Source: Eledone cirrhosa (Eukaryota). Taken from it: a DNA stretch of 64,000 nt. The stretch's first letter is position 1; every line of letters begins with the position of its first letter. The position numbers were made by a program, and so were the translations under genes. Below, in pieces: positions 58,946-64,000 of this stretch. Under the pieces are notes generated by a model that saw nothing but the letters and a program-made list of their open reading frames with translations, was not told the origin of the DNA and searched no databases. Location: contig OZ024745.1 of the NCBI GenBank assembly GCA_964016885.1, forward strand, positions 121,892,001-121,956,000, given 5' to 3'.

Positions 58946-61900
58946 AACCAGTCTAACCACACAACACTCCAACCAGTCTAACCTCACAACACTCCAACCA
59001 GTTTAACCACACAACACTCCAACCAGTCTAACCTCACAACACTCCAACCAGTCTAACCTCACAACACTCCAACCAGTCTAACCTCACAACACTCCAACCA
59101 GTCTAACCTCACAACACTCCAACCAGTCTAACCACACAACACTCCAACCAGTCTAACCTCACAACACTCCAACCAGTCTAACCTCACAACACTCCAACCA
59201 GTCTAACCTCACAACACTCCAACCAGTCTAACGTCACAACACTCCAACCAGTCTAACCTCACAACACTCCAACCAGTCTAACCTCACAACACTCCAACCA
59301 GTCTAACCTCACAACACTCCAACCAGTCTAACCTCACAACACTCCAACCAGTCTAACCTCACAACACTCCAACCAGTCTAACCTCACAACACTCCAACCA
59401 GTCTAACCTCACAACACTCCAACCAGTCTAACCTCACAACACTCCAACCAGTCTAACCTCACAACACTCCAACCAGTCTAACCTCACAACACTCCAACCA
59501 GTCTAACCTCACAACACTCCAACCAGTCTAACCTCACAACACTCCAACCAGTCTAACCTCACAACACTCCAACCAGTCTAACCTCACAACACTCCAACCA
59601 GTCTAACCTCACAACACTCCAACCAGTCTAACCTCACAACACTCCAACCAGTCTAACCTCACAACACTCCAACCAGTCTAACCTCACAACACTCCAACCA
59701 GTTTAACCATAGAACACTCCAACCAGTCTAACCTCACAACACTCCAACCAGTCTAACCATAGAACACTCCAACCAGTCTAACCTCACAACACTCCAACCA
59801 GTCTAACCTCACAACACTCCAACCAGTTTAACCTCAGAACACTCCAACCAGTCTAACCTCACAACACTCCAACCAGTCTAACCTCACAACACTCCAACCA
59901 GTCTAACCACACAACACTCCAACCAGTCTAACCTCACAACACTCCAACCAGTCTAACCTCACAACACTCCAACCAGTCTAACCTCACAACACTCCAACCA
60001 GTTTAACCATAGAACACTCCAACCAGTCTAACCTCACAACACTCCAACCAGTCTAACCATAGAACACTCCAACCAGTCTAACCTCACAACACTCCAACCA
60101 GTTTAACCATAGAACACTCCAACCAGTCTAACCTCACAACACTCCAACCAGTTTAACCATAGAACACTCCAACCAGTCTAACCTCACAACACTCCAACCA
60201 GTCTAACCTCAGAACACTCCAACCAGTCTAACCACACAACACTCCAACCAGTCTAACCTCAGAACACTCCAACCAGTCTAACCTCACAACACTCCAACCA
60301 GTCTAACCACACAACACTCCAACCAGTCTAACCTCAGAACACTCCAACCAGTCTAACCTCACAACACTCCAACCAGTCTAACCTCACAACACTCCAACCA
60401 GTCTAACCATAGAACACTCCAACCACTCTAACCTCACAACACTCCAACCACTCTAACCTCACAACACTCCAACCACTCTAACCTCACAACACTCCAACCA
60501 GTCTAACCTCACAACACTCCAACCAGTTTAACCATAGAACACTCCAACCAGTCTAACCACACAACACTCCAACCAGTCTAACCACACAACACTCCAACCA
60601 GTCTAACCTCACAACACTCCAACCAGTCTAACCTCACAACACTCCAACCACTCTAACCTCACAACACTCCAACCACTCTAACCTCACAACACTCCAACCA
60701 CTCTAACCTCAGAACACTCCAACCACTCTAACCTCAGAACACTCCAACCAGTCTAACCTCACAACACTCCAACCAGTCTAACCACACAACACTCCAACCA
60801 GTCTAACCTCAGAACACTCCAACCAGTTTAACCATAGAACACTCCAACCAGTCTAACCTCACAACACTCCAACCAGTCTAACCTCACAACACTCCAACCA
60901 GTCTAACCTCACAACACTCCAACCAGTCTAACCTCACAACACTCCAACCAGTCTAACCTCACAACACTCCAACCACTCTAACCTCACAACACTCCAACCA
61001 GTCTAACCTCACAACACTCCAACCAGTCTAACCACACAACACTCCAACCAGTCTAACCTCACAACACTCCAACCAGTCTAACCTCACAACACTCCAACCA
61101 GTCTAACCTCACAACACTCCAACCAGTCTAACCTCACAACACTCCAACCAGTCTAACCTCACAACACTCCAACCAGTCTAACCTCACAACACTCCAACCA
61201 GTCTAACCTCACAACACTCCAACCAGTCTAACCTCACACCACTCCAACCACTCTAACCTCACAACACTCCAACCAGTCTAACCTCACAACACTCCAACCA
61301 GTCTAACCTCACAACACTCCAACCACTCTAACCTCACAACACTCCAACCAGTCTAACCACACAACACTCCAACCAGTCTAACCTCACAACACTCCAACCA
61401 GTCTAACCTCACAACACTCCAACCAGTCTAACCTCACAACACTCCAACCAGTCTAACCTCACAACACTCCAACCAGTCTAACCTCACAACACTCCAACCA
61501 GTCTAACCTCACAACACTCCAACCAGTCTAACCTCACAACACTCCAACCAGTCTAACCTCACAACACTCCAACCAGTCTAACCTCACAACACTCCAACCA
61601 GTCTAACCTCACAACACTCCAACCAGTCTAACCTCACAACACTCCAACCAGTCTAACCTCACAACACTCCAACCAGTCTAACCTCACAACACTCCAACCA
61701 GTCTAACCTCACAACACTCCAACCAGTTTAACCATAGAACACTCCAACCACTCTAACCTCACAACACTCCAACCACTCTAACCTCACAACACTCCAACCA
61801 CTCTAACCTCACAACACTCCAACCAGTCTAACCTCACAACACTCCAACCAGTTTAACCTCACAACACTCCAACCAGTCTAACCACACAACACTCCAACCA

Positions 61901-62928
61901 GTCTAACCACACAACACTCCAACCAGTCTAACCACACAACACTCCAACCAGTCTAACCACACAACACTCCAACCAGTCTAACCACACAACACTCCAACCA
62001 GTCTAACCACACAACACTCCAACCAGTCTAACCACACAACACTCCAACCAGTCTAACCACACAACACTCCAACCAGTCTAACCACACAACACTCCAACCA
62101 GTCTAACCTCACAACACTCCAACCAGTCTAACCACACAACACTCCAACCAGTCTAACCACACAACACTCCAACCAGTCTAACCACACAACACTCCAACCA
62201 GTCTAACCTCACAACACTCCAACCAGTCTAACCTCACAACACTCCAACCAGTCTAACCTCACAACACTCCAACCAGTCTAACCTCACAACACTCCAACCA
62301 GTCTAACCTCACAACACTCCAACCAGTCTAACCTCACAACACTCCAACCAGTCTAACCTCACAACACTCCAACCAGTCTAACCTCACAACACTCCAACCA
62401 GTCTAACCTCACAACACTCCAACCAGTCTAACCTCACAACACTCCAACCAGTCTAACCTCACAACACTCCAACCAGTCTAACCTCACAACACTCCAACCA
62501 CTCTAACCTCACAACACTCCAACCACTCTAACCTCACAACACTCCAACCACTCTAACCTCACAACACTCCAACCAGTTTAACCACAGAACACTCCAACCA
62601 GTCTAACCACAGAACACTCCAACCAGTCTAACCACACAACACTCCAACCAGTCTAACCTCACAACACTCCAACCAGTCTAACCTCACAACACTCCAACCA
62701 CTCTAACCTCACAACACTCCAACCAGTCTAACCTCACAACACTCCAACCAGTCTAACCTCACAACACTCCAACCAGTCTAACCTCACAACACTCCAACCA
62801 GTCTAACCTCACAACACTCCAACCAGTCTAACCATAGAACACTCCAACCAGTCTAACCTCACAACACTCCAACCAGTTTAACCTCACAACACTCCAACCA
62901 GTTTAACCATAGAACACTCCAACCAGTC
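58946..62928. repeat. 25-bp satellite AACCAGTCTAACCTCACAACACTCC, about 159 units
   Basis: Directly visible; constant 25-bp period with a few recurrent variants. Confidence 0.98.
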
Positions 62929-63337
62929 AAATCAATGTTCTTATAGTGTCCACACTGTTGCTTGTGGTTGTGATAGGAGTAGCAGTATCTTATCAATACT
63001 CCCACGACCACCGCGAGTACACTCCTTACTTGACCCCAAATAGATGTTAAACAGTGATGATAATGATTATTTTAACATTGTATTTAAATGAAGTCTTATT
63101 GAATTAAAGTATTTAAAGACAATTTTGTGCTAAAGCACATAACATTTTTTGTAGTAAAGTTAATATATATAGGATAATACATCCCTTTGTGTTGGCTGAA
63201 GAAACTTCCGCTTCTGAATATAGTAGATATTGTTTTATACTTAAGTGATGGCGTGGCCAGCAAAGTACATCCTTTTTATGTTACATTGAATGTGGTAAAA
63301 ATACATTAAAGCAATAAGCCAACACCAACTGCCAATT

Positions 63338-63340
63338 GTA

Positions 63341-63418
<78 letters not shown>

Positions 63419-63520
63419 CACGCACACACACACTGACACAGACACACACACAGACGCACGCATGCATGGGCGGACACAGACACACACACAGACACACACA
63501 GACACACACACAGACACAGA
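63338..63520. repeat. (TG)n(TA)n(CA)n compound microsatellite
   Basis: Visible. Confidence 0.95.
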
Positions 63521-63559
63521 TGTCAACATACAACTTGAGCAATCTGTAAATAATTCAAA

Positions 63560-64000
63560 CCGTATGCTTAAAGTTTTCTCTGGAAAGAAAAGCCAACAAA
63601 CACAAACATATTATTCCCAGAGACGGGATAATCCTTATGAGAAGAACGATGATCTCAAACTACATATACAAGTAAATAACAAGAAGGAATCCCATTTGAA
63701 GCAGGCACTTTGAAATTGAAAATGAACTGAAAATCTCCCAGGAAAAGGAGAGAGCAGAAAGAGAAGCCAGGTCTATAAAATACATAAAGACGAACCTTAA
63801 GGCCGTCTTTAAATTTGCGAAAGAGACTTCCTCGGCACACTGTGATAGAGCCACTTTTCAAAAAAAGTGGCTCACTGACCGCAGACCTCCAAGAGATAAG
63901 TGAGGTAGTGAACGAGCAATATGTGTTTTCACACCTCCAATGAGTAAGCCAGATGAATTCCTTAACACCACTGGATTTCACAGAGAAATGGCAACCATCA
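63560..64000 (+). mobile_element. CR1-like LINE ORF2 fragment (endonuclease-RT linker), running off the window
   Basis: IKTNLKAVFKFAK ... IEPLFKKSGSLTADLQEISEVVNEQY ... VFTP. Confidence 0.65.

Noticed and set aside
58946-62928. CRISPR-like array
   Set aside because: Head-to-tail 25-bp units without unique spacers, no cas genes, eukaryotic context

Overview
AT-rich eukaryotic (animal) non-coding DNA. The SINE, RTE and MITE families resemble those I associate with octopus/coleoid cephalopods; this is inference from recalled motifs, not a database result. I can support no intact host protein-coding gene, and the very long ORFs in the track are microsatellite artefacts. The window is a mosaic of decayed retroelements (CR1-type, several RTE families, CRE-clade, Vingi/Ingi-like, Penelope-like, possible LTR remnants), tRNA-derived SINEs and DNA transposons (hAT transposase remnant, a TTAA-flanked piggyBac-type MITE in 8 copies, TA-flanked Tc1/pogo-type MITEs, Helitron Rep/Pif1 remnants). 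It also has very large tandem arrays: a 6.7 kb punctuated (TA)n array, about 1 kb of pure (CA)n, and about 4 kb of a 25-bp satellite. The most notable signals are: (i) a near-complete minimal type-I hammerhead ribozyme fold at 27917-27980 (-) plus two degenerate relatives, one inside a ~138-bp near-perfect palindrome; (ii) reciprocal nesting of SINE, RTE and MITE families; (iii) a Helitron with both termini intact; (iv) a CpG-richer central domain containing a duplicated CRE+CArG-like module and two divergent candidate first exons.
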